Of a stretch of 64,000 bases of DNA, positions 21,231 through 34,742 are shown one piece after another. Numbering within the stretch: the first letter of the stretch is position 1; each line of letters begins with the position of its first letter. Source of the stretch: an uncultured delta proteobacterium (GTDB lineage Bacteria; Desulfobacterota; Binatia; Bin18); assembly GCA_963733195.1 (NCBI GenBank), contig CAVTCR010000033.1:1-64000 (forward strand). The letters are read 5' to 3'. Position numbers and translations under genes: made by a program. The notes below the pieces were generated by a model that was not told the DNA's origin, searched no databases, and worked only from the letters and a program-made list of their open reading frames with translations.

Positions 21231-22988
21231 ATGGCGAAGTTTTCTCGCCGTCCAGCGCGCTCATTACTGACCGAGGAGGTAACACCGAGTGAAGCGATTG
21301 TCAGAGTCCTCGAACAAGCCGGGATCGATATGGTCTTTGGCATGCCTGGTGGCAATACCGGTGTTTTGTACAATGCCTTGTATGACCACAAAAGCACGAT
21401 CCGTGCGGTGCTCGTGCGTGAAGAGTCGCGTGCTGGAGTCATGGCTGAAGTCTATGGACGACTCACGGGAAAACCAGGAGTGACTATCGCCCAGGCGGCG
21501 TTCATGGTTCATGTCAGTATGGGTGCAATTGAAGCGCATCTTTCCAGCTCGCCAATGCTGATTCTGACTGATCTCAGCGATCATTCTCCGTATTCGTTGC
21601 ATGGTCCGTATCAATCTGGCGCTGGGGAGTATGGGTCATGGGATGCGAAACAGACATTCTCCGGTTTCACCAAACAGACGTTTGTTGCTACAAGTGGCAC
21701 TCATGCCGTGCAGTGCACGCAGATGGCGATCAAGCATGCACTTACGGGTGAGCGTGGTCCGGTAGCAGTTCTGTACCACAGCCAGGCATTACGAGGACGG
21801 ATCGGCCCGAACTCGCGTCCACCGTTGTACACAACGGAACCTTTTCTCCCTACTTCTCCGCCTTCCGCTGATCCCACAACGGTCGAAGAAGCGGTCAAGC
21901 TGCTTGTCCAAGCCGAACGGCCAGTGGTGATCGCCGGTAACGGAGTACGTATCAGCCATGCATATGATGAGTTGGTGGCTGTGGCTGAAGCCCTTGCTGC
22001 TCCGGTAGCGACGACGGCGGGAGGGAAGGGGACGTTTGCTGAGACGCATGCTCTGGCGTTAGGAACATGTGGAAATTTCGGGACACCGCTCGCGAATGCG
22101 GTGGTTGGAGCTGCTGACGTGGTGCTGGTAGTAGGATCGAAACTCGCGCCGACTGATACTGCTTTTGAGACAATAAAGTTGCTCGACCCTAAGCGGCAAA
22201 CGATCATTCAGATTGAGATTGAACCAAAGAATGCCTCGTGGACATATCCGGTGGAAGTACCGCTGATTGGCGATGCGAAAGCGGTACTGACGCAGTTAGC
22301 TGAGGCGATCCAGTCTGTCGGTGGAGTGTCGGTAACGAAGAAAGATACGACGCGGACGCAACTCCAGAGTGCACGTGCACAACATGGGTTCTTCAACGCG
22401 GCTGAGTTTGTCTCGAATGCTGCCCCGATCCTTCCACAGCGAGTAATCAAGGATTTGCAAAAAACGGTGGCCAACGATGCAATCATTACGTGTGATGCAG
22501 GAGAGAATCGTATTTTCATGACGCACTACTACCAGACCAAAGGCCCAGGAACGTTTCTCCAGCCTGCCGGTGTCGGAGGAATGGGCTATGCGATTCCCTC
22601 TGCATTAGCGGCGAAGCTGATTTACCCACAACGGCAAGTTATCGCTGTTTCTGGTGACGGAGGTTTCGCAATTGGTCTTAATGGTTTGATGACCGCACGA
22701 GAAGAAAATATCCCTATTGTTTCCGTTGTCTTCAACAATGGGGCACTCGGCTGGGTGAAGCACGGGCAAGGCGATCGCAACATCGCCTGTGATTTTGCTG
22801 ATTTTGATCACGCCGGCATTGCACGATCTATCGGTTGTGGTGGTATCCGCGTCGAGCATCCCAGCCAACTTGAGCCGGCTCTGAAAGAAGCATTATCGAG
22901 TGAGAAACCAACTGTGGTCGATGTCAAAACGTCACTCAGTGAGACGTTTGCCAAAGTAACGTCGCCACTGGTGGGAGAACGGGGATAG
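21231..22988 (+). CDS. Thiamine pyrophosphate-binding protein (acetolactate synthase-like)
   Basis: VFGMPGG, VREE..A, GDGGF..NN motif. Confidence 0.9.
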   Translation: MAKFSRRPARSLLTEEVTPSEAIVRVLEQAGIDMVFGMPGGNTGVLYNALYDHKSTIRAVLVREESRAGVMAEVYGRLTGKPGVTIAQAAFMVHVSMGAIEAHLSSSPMLILTDLSDHSPYSLHGPYQSGAGEYGSWDAKQTFSGFTKQTFVATSGTHAVQCTQMAIKHALTGERGPVAVLYHSQALRGRIGPNSRPPLYTTEPFLPTSPPSADPTTVEEAVKLLVQAERPVVIAGNGVRISHAYDELVAVAEALAAPVATTAGGKGTFAETHALALGTCGNFGTPLANAVVGAADVVLVVGSKLAPTDTAFETIKLLDPKRQTIIQIEIEPKNASWTYPVEVPLIGDAKAVLTQLAEAIQSVGGVSVTKKDTTRTQLQSARAQHGFFNAAEFVSNAAPILPQRVIKDLQKTVANDAIITCDAGENRIFMTHYYQTKGPGTFLQPAGVGGMGYAIPSALAAKLIYPQRQVIAVSGDGGFAIGLNGLMTAREENIPIVSVVFNNGALGWVKHGQGDRNIACDFADFDHAGIARSIGCGGIRVEHPSQLEPALKEALSSEKPTVVDVKTSLSETFAKVTSPLVGERG

Positions 22989-22992
22989 CGAA

Positions 22993-23020
22993 GTAGGGAC
23001 ATACAACCGTATGCCCCTAC
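22993..23020. repeat. GTAG...CTAC REP-like hairpin
   Basis: GTAGGGACATAC-AACC-GTATGCCCCTAC. Confidence 0.55.
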
Positions 23021-23056
23021 GATAAGATATGATTACAGTGTACCGCTCTGCGTGGT

Positions 23057-23449
23057 TTAGGCTGACCATTTCTCCACAGAAAAACCTGGCGGGAGTGGTG
23101 CGAACATTACCTGTGTAGGGCCACCGACGGTTCGCGTCAGGTGGCCTTTGCCGGTGACATCGTCAGCAAGGAATGCCTCACCGGCACGCCACTGACGGGT
23201 CTGGCCGTCGGTCGTGCTCACTTCGAGCACACCGGAGAGTACGATGACGATTTGCCGTGCCGGTGCGTTGTGCCATGTCTGTGACATCCCAGCAGGAAGT
23301 TCGGCGAAACGCACGTTTGGCGAGGCGTAGGCATTCGAGAGCAGTAACGTGTGACCGTCTGCATCTTTCATTGGCTGTGAAACTGGAATGTCGATTTCGG
23401 TGAAGCGCGAGCCTCCGTCCTCAGTCGAGATAAAGCGTGTGATTTTCAT
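23057..23449 (-). CDS. Cupin-like protein
   Basis: WHNAPARQ, ADDVTGKGH. Confidence 0.8.
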   Translation of the reverse strand: MKITRFISTEDGGSRFTEIDIPVSQPMKDADGHTLLLSNAYASPNVRFAELPAGMSQTWHNAPARQIVIVLSGVLEVSTTDGQTRQWRAGEAFLADDVTGKGHLTRTVGGPTQVMFAPLPPGFSVEKWSA

Positions 23450-23585
23450 TCTTGTTCCCTCCTTAGGTGCGACGCGACGCTACCCTTTTTCTTATGCCAA
23501 GGTCAAGCGAGTAGAAATATAGTTGCGGTTGGTAAGGTGAAAGTGTTACAGACACGCTAGCAATACAGAGAAGGAGGGCGAACCA

Positions 23586-24068
23586 GTGAGTACCACTGAT
23601 ATCGAACGTAGACTCCAAGCATTAGAAGACGTTGAGGCGATAAAGAAACTCAAGATTCGCTATTGCCACTGTGCTGATGCGCAAGACCATGCCGGCTTCG
23701 CCAGCCTTTTCACTGAAGACGCTGTCTGGGAGGGAGGAGCTTTTGGTCACGCCGAGGGTCGAAAAAACATCGAAGAATTCCTTCGTGGAGTTCAGGGACA
23801 ATCTCTTCCATTTGCACTCCATTACGTCATGAATGCGACGGTTGAGGTGCATGGCAACACCGCCGTTGGACAATGGTATTTGTTGGAACCATGCACCATG
23901 ACAACGAATGATGGTCGCCAGACGCAAGCCGTATGGGGAACCGCGACCTATGAAGATCGTTTGATAAAAGTGAACGGAGAGTGGAAATTTACCAAAGTTC
24001 ATCTCAAGCCAGTCTTCTGGACACCCTTTGACCAAGGATGGGCGAAGAAACGCTTCGTACAGGAGTGA
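23586..24068 (+). CDS. SnoaL/NTF2-like protein (SnoaL_4)
   Basis: LEDVEAIKKLK.RY...LFTEDAVW...YED....NGEWKF. Confidence 0.85.
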   Translation: MSTTDIERRLQALEDVEAIKKLKIRYCHCADAQDHAGFASLFTEDAVWEGGAFGHAEGRKNIEEFLRGVQGQSLPFALHYVMNATVEVHGNTAVGQWYLLEPCTMTTNDGRQTQAVWGTATYEDRLIKVNGEWKFTKVHLKPVFWTPFDQGWAKKRFVQE

Positions 24069-24078
24069 GGAAGCCGAG

Positions 24079-24273
24079 ATGGATAAGAAAACTATTATTG
24101 CTGCTAAGCTGGCCGAATGGGGCATGTCGCTGACCGAGAGTGAAATCGAGCAACTCGTGCCAGCGTATGACAACCTTCTCCGTTGGCAGGAGGTGGTGCA
24201 CGGTATGTTGCGCTCACGAAAAATTGCTTATGAACAATCGACGTCGTGGCATAAACAGCATCCAAACTTGTAA
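24079..24273 (+). CDS. Small hypothetical protein
   Basis: RBS GAGG; 64-aa ORF between two co-oriented genes. Confidence 0.5.
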   Translation: MDKKTIIAAKLAEWGMSLTESEIEQLVPAYDNLLRWQEVVHGMLRSRKIAYEQSTSWHKQHPNL

Positions 24274-24332
24274 AGCACGGAGAAAAAGATCGTACACGAT
24301 ACGCTCTTGTACGTAGAAAGGGGAACGATAAA

Positions 24333-24779
24333 ATGCTTGGAGCCTTTTCCCACGTTGGTATTACTGTCAGTGATATGGAACGCGCGTTGCGCTTTTACCG
24401 CGATCTGCTCGGGCTCAGGGTCGTTGGCGATGTGACGTTTGCCGGAGAGGAAGCAGATTTGCTGACCCAGGAGAAAGGGACCCAACTCCGTGCAGTCTAT
24501 TTACGGAGTGTCGAAGAGCCAAAAGGTGCCCCGATTGAACTGCTGTACTTCCTCTCGCCAGTTGCTGAAGGCAAGCCATACCCAGGGATCAAAAACCCAG
24601 GGATTACTGAGGTCGCTTTTTGGGTGAAGGACATCGAAAAGGTGTACACCGACCTCAAAACGCAAGGGGTGCAGTTTTATTCACGACCGCAATTGTTTGA
24701 GCTGGATGAATACAGGGTAAAGGCGGTATATTTCCGTGATCCTGACGGAACGACGCTGGAACTCTTGCAGCGTGTGTAA
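24333..24779 (+). CDS. VOC/glyoxalase family protein
   Basis: SHVGITVSDMERALRFY...YFRDPDG..LEL. Confidence 0.9.
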   Translation: MLGAFSHVGITVSDMERALRFYRDLLGLRVVGDVTFAGEEADLLTQEKGTQLRAVYLRSVEEPKGAPIELLYFLSPVAEGKPYPGIKNPGITEVAFWVKDIEKVYTDLKTQGVQFYSRPQLFELDEYRVKAVYFRDPDGTTLELLQRV

Positions 24780-24798
24780 TCGTTCGGTGTGGGCTGAG

Positions 24799-25847
24799 CT
24801 ACACTGCTATTTGTTTGGTGATGGCTTCGGTAGTAAAGCCACCGACCAGCTCGTTACCATCCGTGTACAACCAGTCGTTGACTTGGTCGAGTGTGACTGT
24901 GACCATGTCACCGGCGTCGACGTTACGCAGATGGACTGGCTCATTATCTAGTGTACCGGTCACAGTTTCTTCGTTGATCTCAGTGACAATGAGCCACATG
25001 TACTCGGTTTCTTGCCCATCTGTGAAGGGAGCCTTGACGGCAAAAGTTTGATCTGAACGTCGCTGCTCGAAGGTGTTGACAAAGACCGACCACATCGAGT
25101 TGGCTTTCTGCGAAGCCTCTTGCATATCCATGTCATTTGCGGTGATACGGATAGCGGGAACTTCTGTCAGTTCTGCCACGGCCTGGAGTGGGGTATCGCC
25201 TTGGAGATGTGCAATCAAACCTGGATGCCAGAGGTTCAGTTGATTCGTAGCAGGGCAGAAGAGGCCAACACAGTCGCTGTCGGCGAGCGCGGCAATCATG
25301 CGACCCAAGCGCTGGTAGATGTCGTCAGACGTAGCACCAGCCGGAGCTTCGAGTAAATCGACCGACAGCCACGCGGCATGCCCTCGAACCATTTGTTGCA
25401 AGCGCACATTTGGAATGTGCTCTGGCGTATTTTCTGTTTGGTCAATATAGGGGTCAGCGGAATTGTTGACGCGAAAAGTAAATCCGTCTGCTCGAATACG
25501 AAAGGTCGGAGGTGTGTCAGCATTAGAGTTGATTGGATGGGAATCTTCTGGAGCGACAGTTACTCCAAGTGCTTCTTCAACTACCTGAGAAAGCTGTTCG
25601 CGGTAATATTCCGTGGCGACTGTAAGAGAAGGACAAAGGACTGTAGCTGTACAGGCTGTTGTTGTGGAGATGTGGCACGCCATAGGAAGACAAACCCGAC
25701 GGTAAGCGCAAGCGTTGACCCCACCTGTTCCCAAAGAAACGGATGGATTTCTTCGGTGGTAGCAAAAGAGCAAGAAAGCCAGAGGACCTGTGTGACTAAC
25801 AAGAGACTGACAAACCCAAGGCCGAGATCGGCCAGTTTCGTCTTCAT
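24799..25847 (-). CDS. DUF2314 (YegJ-like) membrane-anchored protein (frameshift ~25600)
   Basis: N-terminal TM helices (25581-25847) plus FAVKAPF..EYMWL..GTLDNEP..DWLY..GGFT. Confidence 0.75.
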
Positions 25848-26329
25848 TTACACTCCTTAGGCGATAACCCCCATGCACGCTCAGTATCCCCTATCGGCGA
25901 GGCAAGGTGTGCCTTTATTGACGAAAGCGCTGGAGTGTCCTGATGTTCATTTCGTTGAGATGTTGTCGTGAACGACCACCAGGCGCGAGCATTTTCAGCT
26001 TTACAGAAGGGCGCTGTCGAGGCATGAGCACCTCGTCATCCTCTGTTTCTTCCTAACTCAATGACTTGAAGCTGCGCCAAGGTGAAACAAGATTCTTGCT
26101 AGAAATTGATTCAAACTTGAGAGACGGAGCATTGACAACAATGAGTAAGTTAGCAAACAAATTCCCTGGTTAGGATGAAAATCGAACTCAGGGTGAGAAA
26201 GGAGCTCTCCGTATATATAATGGGTATCGATTCATCGACAGTGACGCGCATGATCATAGAGCCGCACGATATGTTCCAAAAATATTTGGAGTCGAAGTTC
26301 CGCGCTCAGATGCCCGAAGTGTGGGTTGA

Positions 26330-27202
26330 TTACCAGAGCGAACCACCTGGTTTTGGATTTAAGGTTGCTATGCCGACGTCGTCCCGCGCTGCTGTTTGCA
26401 GCGACTCATTTAGTACGCGAGCAAGCCGAATCCCTGCTTTTGCCAATTGACTATCAACGATGGGAAGATTGGCTCTGTAATAACCTGATCGCAGGTTGTG
26501 ATCGTTAGGAAGGTGATACGCGTGTGTACGAGCAAGAGTGTGAGCTTCAAGTACCCAATCGACGGGAGTCCCACGTTGGAGCGTCTCAAGATTTTGAGAA
26601 GCAAGCCAGGTAATGAGGCGATGAGTATATGCCCGTTCTCCTAAATGGGTGCGGAGGAGTAAGCCGTTGTCCCATACGGCGTGAAGATTTGTAGGAGTAC
26701 CAAAAAAGGTGACGGTTACATCGTTGCCACCCCGGTCGTTGTTGTTTATGCAGTGCAGTGGTTGATGAGCGTCGGCGACGAGATGTACGAGGAACGCGAG
26801 CGCTTCTTGCCGAGCCTCTCTAGGGGAGGTACGGTCAGCCACAAGTGCTCGATACTTGGCAATAGCAGAAATGACACAGTTGCCGTTTGGGCAATCGCGA
26901 CGAGGGTCGTAGTTGGAAGCCTCTAAAGGAATGTTGACGTAATGCCACGGACTGGTCTCTGGGCGGGTTTTACGCCAATGATCAGCGTCATCTGCTATAG
27001 TGGCTAGAGATCGTGAGTTGATGATCTCAGCAACTTTTTGTTGTGTTTGAGGGGAGAGCTGTGTGGTGGCGACGTGAGCGACGATGCGATGTGCGCGTGT
27101 TCCCCAGGCGCGAGCTAAGAACGGGGAGTGGAGAAAAGCAAAACAAAAGGTGATAATCAGGAAAATGCACCGTCTCTTGTGTCGGTGCCTGAACGCAATC
27201 AC
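26330..27202 (-). CDS. S1/P1 nuclease, secreted
   Basis: Signal peptide then WG..AH, WHYVN, HLVADAHQPLH, NLHAVWD. Confidence 0.92.
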   Translation of the reverse strand: MIAFRHRHKRRCIFLIITFCFAFLHSPFLARAWGTRAHRIVAHVATTQLSPQTQQKVAEIINSRSLATIADDADHWRKTRPETSPWHYVNIPLEASNYDPRRDCPNGNCVISAIAKYRALVADRTSPREARQEALAFLVHLVADAHQPLHCINNNDRGGNDVTVTFFGTPTNLHAVWDNGLLLRTHLGERAYTHRLITWLASQNLETLQRGTPVDWVLEAHTLARTHAYHLPNDHNLRSGYYRANLPIVDSQLAKAGIRLARVLNESLQTAARDDVGIATLNPKPGGSLW

Positions 27203-27203
27203 G

Positions 27204-28601
27204 TTATGAGTTTTCCTGTATCGCAGAGAGCATTGCAGAAATAGTTGTGAGTTTCTCTCGCGGTTTTCCGGCGCATTGCCCGTTGGCAACCTCGACTTTG
27301 TCAATGCGTTGCCAGTCGGTAAAGGTGACGTAACGTACACTCTTCCGAGCGAGAAGGGTGAGGATCGCTTCGGGAGCGGCACACAGAGTGGGAAGGGCTC
27401 TCTCTTCCATATCGGCCATCATACTTTCCACTGTGGCCGTTGCATCAGGTTTGTTTGTTCCTATAACACCAGAAGGGCCACGCTTGATCCAGCCTGCTAC
27501 ATACAGGCGGGGGACTGGGCTCTTCGAGACAGGGTCGATGACACGTCCGTCACGACTAGGAATGATGCCCTTGCGTTCATCGAAAGGGACATTCGGCAAC
27601 GGTATCCCCTTGTATCCAATGGAGCGAAAGACCATCTGGCATGGCAATTCTTCATACTGTCCTGTGCCCTGTGCCTTGAAATTTCCTTGTTCATCAGAAA
27701 TCAAGATATTGTGCTCGAGGCGGATTCCTTCGACACGGTCTCGTCCGAGGATAGCCACTGGTGAGGTGAAGAAATGCATGCGAATCTTTCGTGGTTGGGT
27801 GCCTTCTCCCTTGGTGAGCTGCCTCTTGAGGATTTCCAGGTTGCGCTGATGGGTAGGCTCCGAGGCGTGAGCAGTTAAAAACTGTTGCGTGATAGCATCG
27901 AGCGTAAGGTCCTCAGGTTGGACAATGAGATCGACCCCTTGGAGTTCGGTTAATTCACGGATTTCTGGGTTGGTAAAAGCGGCCTGAGCTGGTCCGCGTC
28001 GTCCACAGACAATGATCTCCTCCACGGTACTCTGTTGCAATGTGGCGAGCGCATAGCTGGTAATATCAGTATGAGCAAGCTCACTCGGTGAACGAGCGAG
28101 AATACGAGTCACGTCCATAGCAACATTACCATTACCGATTACAATGGCGGATGTAGTGTTGCTGAGATTGAAGTGCAAGTGGTGATAGTCAGGCTGTCCG
28201 TTGTACCAACCAACGAAGGCAGTGGCAGGATAGCTTCCTGGTAGATCTTCACCGGGAATATCCATATGACGGTCTGACTCTGTACCGGTAGTGAACAGGA
28301 TTTGATGATAATGTACGAGGACTTCGTCAAGTGTGAGGTCCGTGCCTAAGGTGACATTGCCGAAGAAACGAAATCCAGGCCGCTGGGCGATTCGTTCGTA
28401 CTGTTTGATAATGGATTTGATCTTTGGGTGGTCAGGCGCGACGCCGCCACGTACGAGGCCGTAAGGCGTTGGCAGACGATCAAAGAGATCAACCTGTACT
28501 GAACAAGTCGTTTGCTTTAACAATTCCTCTGCTGAATAAAACCCCGCTGGACCAGCGCCAAAAATAGCGATACGTAAGGTGTTTCGGGTGGAATTGGTCA
28601 T
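27204..28601 (-). CDS. Ferredoxin-NADP+ reductase (adrenodoxin reductase/FprA-like)
   Basis: GAGPAG, GLVRGGVAPDH, GNGNVAMD, GWIKRGPSGVIG. Confidence 0.92.
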   Translation of the reverse strand: MTNSTRNTLRIAIFGAGPAGFYSAEELLKQTTCSVQVDLFDRLPTPYGLVRGGVAPDHPKIKSIIKQYERIAQRPGFRFFGNVTLGTDLTLDEVLVHYHQILFTTGTESDRHMDIPGEDLPGSYPATAFVGWYNGQPDYHHLHFNLSNTTSAIVIGNGNVAMDVTRILARSPSELAHTDITSYALATLQQSTVEEIIVCGRRGPAQAAFTNPEIRELTELQGVDLIVQPEDLTLDAITQQFLTAHASEPTHQRNLEILKRQLTKGEGTQPRKIRMHFFTSPVAILGRDRVEGIRLEHNILISDEQGNFKAQGTGQYEELPCQMVFRSIGYKGIPLPNVPFDERKGIIPSRDGRVIDPVSKSPVPRLYVAGWIKRGPSGVIGTNKPDATATVESMMADMEERALPTLCAAPEAILTLLARKSVRYVTFTDWQRIDKVEVANGQCAGKPREKLTTISAMLSAIQENS

Positions 28602-28941
28602 TTGTATAGTGGGTCGTAACCTTGGTTCCGAAGGCTTTTTTCCCTAAGGACAATAATGTTGCCATTATTTTTTCATAACTTGTGAGGTGAAACGAGAGGT
28701 GAAAATGACTGTGCAGGTTAGATGTCCATCGCGTTAGCTATCGCCGAATGTGATTGATAAGAGAGCCATCGTAGCCGACGTACTCTGTGGCTAATGCGCG
28801 CTCGGTGGTTCTGAGTGTGGAGCGTGTCGTTGCTTATAAGAAAGATAAGTCTTCTTCATCTGCGACGACCTTTCGTTCATTTTCTTGTTGCGATACACCA
28901 GTAGGGATCTACGTATGAGAGTGCAAGAAAAAGGAGAAGGA

Positions 28942-29547
28942 ATGATGAGTACACCATATGTTGCTAAGAAGTTTACGTTGAGCGGATTGGTGGGAATTTC
29001 TGATCAAACGCTCGATATGCACTTTAAATTATACGAGGGATATGTTGCTCAGACGAACCAGCTCACGACAAAACTCAGTGAACTGCTGAAAGGTGGATCG
29101 GTTGATCAAGAGAACATGGCAGCCTATTCGGAACTGACTCGCAGACTTGGTTTCGAGTATAATGGTATGGTTCTGCATGAATATTATTTCGACAATCTCA
29201 AAAAGGGCGGCTCTTCAGAGCCAAATTCGAACTCGGCATTTGTGAAGGCAGTTCAGGCGAGCCACGGTAGCTATGAAGCGTGGAAGTCTGACTTTGTGAC
29301 GATAGGCAAAATGCGTGGCGTTGGGTGGGCGGTGTGTTATCAAAATCCTGTCACTGGTCGCCTTTCTAATCACTGGATTACGTTACATGAGGAGGGAAAT
29401 ATTGCCGGATTTACTCCAGTTCTCGTCATGGATGTTTGGGAGCACGCGTTTCTGCTCGACTACAAACCGGCTGAGCGACCGAAGTATATTGATGCTTTCA
29501 TGACGAATGTTGACTGGCAAGCGGTAGAATCGCGGCTCAAGAAGTAA
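28942..29547 (+). CDS. sod: Fe/Mn superoxide dismutase family protein
   Basis: MHFKLYEGYV, NGMVLHEYYF, MDVWEHAF. Confidence 0.88.
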   Translation: MMSTPYVAKKFTLSGLVGISDQTLDMHFKLYEGYVAQTNQLTTKLSELLKGGSVDQENMAAYSELTRRLGFEYNGMVLHEYYFDNLKKGGSSEPNSNSAFVKAVQASHGSYEAWKSDFVTIGKMRGVGWAVCYQNPVTGRLSNHWITLHEEGNIAGFTPVLVMDVWEHAFLLDYKPAERPKYIDAFMTNVDWQAVESRLKK

Positions 29548-29776
29548 CGTATTGGCCACTGTCCAGCGACTACTGTCGTGTCCTTCCGGTGACGCTGCTT
29601 GACATTCCCGATTGAGGCGCAGTCCCAGCTCGACGGCTTATGCCGAATACTTGAGGCTGAGGGCACTTGCCCCCTCCTTCACTAGTGGGCGTCCCTCCTG
29701 CTATAAGCTTCGCAGTCTCAGGCCGGAAGCCGTTTGCTGGGATATGGCGAACGGAATCGGAGGAGGAGAGGGTGCG

Positions 29777-30090
29777 ATGAAACGTCCTAAAGAAGTGACC
29801 CTCAGCCGCGAGGACGGCGAAGCGTTGATCGAGCGTCTCGAAAAGGATGCCTTGACCGCCGAGGATCGGCGGGTGCTCGTGAAGGTGCTGACGTTTTATT
29901 TCTGCTTGCTCTTTGCGTTACGCGAGGCGAAGCTAAGTCTGAAACGACTGAGGACGTTGGTGTTTGGCGAGAAGCCCAAGAAACGCGAGCCGCCGACGTC
30001 AGGCGGGACTGCGGACGGTGGGGGGGCGGGCGGCAACGGAGCCAGGACGGCCGCAGCACCAGGAGTGCACCCGACCTCGGCACCAGAGCC
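29777..30090 (+). pseudogene. tnpC: IS66 TnpC N-terminal stub
   Basis: MKRPKEVTLSREDGEALIERLE...LKRLRTLVFGEK, then truncated. Confidence 0.75.
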
Positions 30091-30287
30091 GCTAGAATTG
30101 ACTTTCTTTACTGTCGGTTGTATGCGTCAGTTCATGTTCATAGAACGTTAGCATCTAGTATAGCATATGCGCGAGTGCCGTGCCGCTGGACCTCGATGCG
30201 GCCCCGGGCGGCGCAAATCAGCGGCAAGATAGGCCTCGCTATCTGCCATTAGTTGCAGCGAATCAGCCAGAAAGGAGAAGGATCGAC

Positions 30288-32534
<2,247 letters not shown>

Positions 32535-32725
32535 GTTCGTTACCAATACCGTTGCAGCAAGCGCGGGCTACCCTCTGCGGTTCGCCCGCGCTTTGCTGTT
32601 GACGGGGGTGTGTGCCGAGTCACCAGGCCACGAGCACATTGTGATGGAGAGGTGCCGGCCTGGCCCACAGACGTCGCGGTCGTCCAGAGTACATGGTGAT
32701 ACGCGTCAAACTGGGAAAACGCTCG

Positions 32726-32907
32726 CCATCGTAGGCCAAGAGTTTGAGGGTCGTACCGGTACGGTTGCGAAACACATAGACCGTGCCGCCCAACGGATTC
32801 TCGTGCAGGAGGGTGCGACACAGCGCGGCCAATCCATCGATGCCTTTCCGAAAGTCGACGGGCTGCACGGCCAAAAAGATGCGACTCTGGGGCGCGAGCT
32901 GGAGCAT
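32726..32907 (-). pseudogene. tnpB: IS66 TnpB, 3'-truncated
   Basis: Near-identical to 553-939 up to LAYDG, then diverges. Confidence 0.85.
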
Positions 32908-33308
32908 TACCTGCGCTCCAGAAAGGTCTGGAGCAGCAGTGCAAGCGGGGGCGAGGATTCGTGAGCGGTGATCCGCAGGCGCGTACCGTCCGCCCGCTGG
33001 ACCTCCACCTCGGCAGTCGGCGAGCGCCAGGCGGGGGTGACTTCCACGAAGGACGGAGTGACCGGCTGGGCGGGGGCACCGCTAGCAACCGCTTTCCCGC
33101 CGCCGCGCTTGCGTAACCGTTGCGGACAGAGCCCGAGCTGTTGGGCGACGCGGGAAAGGGGCAACACGTGAGTCAGGGCCACAGCTTGTTCCCACAACGC
33201 TTGCGGGATCCGCCCGCGGGGTGTAGTCCGGCGCTGCCGCCACTGGGTAAACTGCTGCACCACGTAGTGCAGTTCGTCCTCGGCTTGGGATACAGTTAGC
33301 AGAGTCAT
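32907..33308 (-). CDS. tnpA: IS66 TnpA-like protein
   Basis: FTQWRQ..RGRIPQALWEQAV..FVEV..EVEVQRADGTRLRI. Confidence 0.75.
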   Translation of the reverse strand: MTLLTVSQAEDELHYVVQQFTQWRQRRTTPRGRIPQALWEQAVALTHVLPLSRVAQQLGLCPQRLRKRGGGKAVASGAPAQPVTPSFVEVTPAWRSPTAEVEVQRADGTRLRITAHESSPPLALLLQTFLERR

Positions 33309-34086
33309 CGGAACCTTCCCTCCTCGGTGCAATGACGATGAGGGAAGAGAGTAAGCGCATTCGCGTTCCGTTGTCACGCAGGCCTACCGGAAGGGTACCT
33401 ACTGTCAAGGAGTCTTTAGTGATTGAAATTAGGAATGCTTGAGGTTAAACAAGTGAGCACGAACACACTCCTCAATCCATGAATACGTATTCATTAGTTC
33501 TTGCTCGATTGAGGTAGATGGCTCTACGCCAACAACTGAAACCCCCTGCGCCGGTAACGAATACGTTTCCTCGATAAGCCATTAACGCGAGAACCTCTTG
33601 GAGGAATCGTTGCCGGCAGCGAGGAGCCATTTCCAATACAGTGACAGTTCCCTACTGGCGATCGTCTGAGAAAGAACATGGGAGGTTGCTGCAGGGATCT
33701 GCATCTTGGTCGGAGATTGAGAGGCGACATAAGGAAAAAAGGGGTAGAGGCGTCCTGCGTCGCTTCCTTGAGAATGTCGCTTGTGGGATCTGACGGTCCC
33801 TAAGCACATTCTGGTGTTTGCCCTTCTTACACGCAACGACCCACCGATCCTGGCCTCTGTTGTAGGAAAGGAAAAGGTGGAGCGATGCAGGAAGCCTCTT
33901 TGGGGGACTTCTAAATAGCGTAGCTAGTCGGGTGAGAGCAATCGAGGAAAAGGTGGAATTAAAAATACTACATAAGGGAGGGGAGGAGGGTATTCTTGAT
34001 GAAGAGGACGAGCAGTATCCTCATAAGAAGACCCACTCTGGTTTGTCTTGATTTGTCGGCAATACCCTGTACGAACAATAGTCCGA

Positions 34087-34719
34087 TCAGGACAGAGAAA
34101 CGAGGCCTCGTTTTAAGGCGGTAGTCACAGCTTGTGTACGGTCGCTGGCGCCAAGTTTTCCGAGGATGTTGTTCACGTGTGTTTTGACTGTTCCTTCACT
34201 GATAAACAACGCCGCCGCAATTTGCTTGTTGCTCTTTCCTGCCATGAGCAGTCGAAGCACATCGAGCTCTCGGTGTGTCAGTTCTGGGCCTCTCATCCGC
34301 TCGGCGAGCTTTGCTGCGATGTCAGGAGGGATACGGGTCTGGCCAGCGTGAACGGCACGAATCGTATCGAGGATCTCTTGCGAAGGGGTGTCCTTCATTA
34401 GGTAGGCTTTGGCTCCAGCTCGTAACCCACGGTAAATGTCCTCTTCAGTATCATAGATTGTGAGTACGATGATGCGGGCAGTTGGTGCTTGCTCGCGAAT
34501 GCCAATGATTGCTGTGACGCCATCGACTTCAGGCATGCGTAAGTCGATAAATGTCACGTCTGGCGTAAACCGCCGGAACAGGTCGATAGCTTCTCGCCCA
34601 TTATTGGCTTCACCGACCACGGTCATATCTTCTCGTCGTTCAATGAGAGCAACTAAGCCTTCGCGAACGACGGGATGTTCATCAGCGATAAGGATACGAA
34701 TTGGGTTAGTTTTGTTCAT
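34087..34719 (-). CDS. NarL/LuxR-family response regulator
   Basis: REC (DLRMP) + LTHRELDVL..GKSNKQIA..TVKTHV. Confidence 0.95.
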   Translation of the reverse strand: MNKTNPIRILIADEHPVVREGLVALIERREDMTVVGEANNGREAIDLFRRFTPDVTFIDLRMPEVDGVTAIIGIREQAPTARIIVLTIYDTEEDIYRGLRAGAKAYLMKDTPSQEILDTIRAVHAGQTRIPPDIAAKLAERMRGPELTHRELDVLRLLMAGKSNKQIAAALFISEGTVKTHVNNILGKLGASDRTQAVTTALKRGLVSLS

Positions 34720-34742
34720 AGCACGATTGTTCCTCAGGTGAG

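Noticed and set aside
26175-26450. ORF resembling an amidohydrolase N-terminus (IEPHDMFQKYL)
   Set aside because: Short, overlaps the S1/P1 nuclease on the opposite strand; at best a remnant.
33407-34086. Short ORFs or ncRNA in the long intergenic stretch
   Set aside because: No recognisable motif, RBS-supported ORF or convincing structure.
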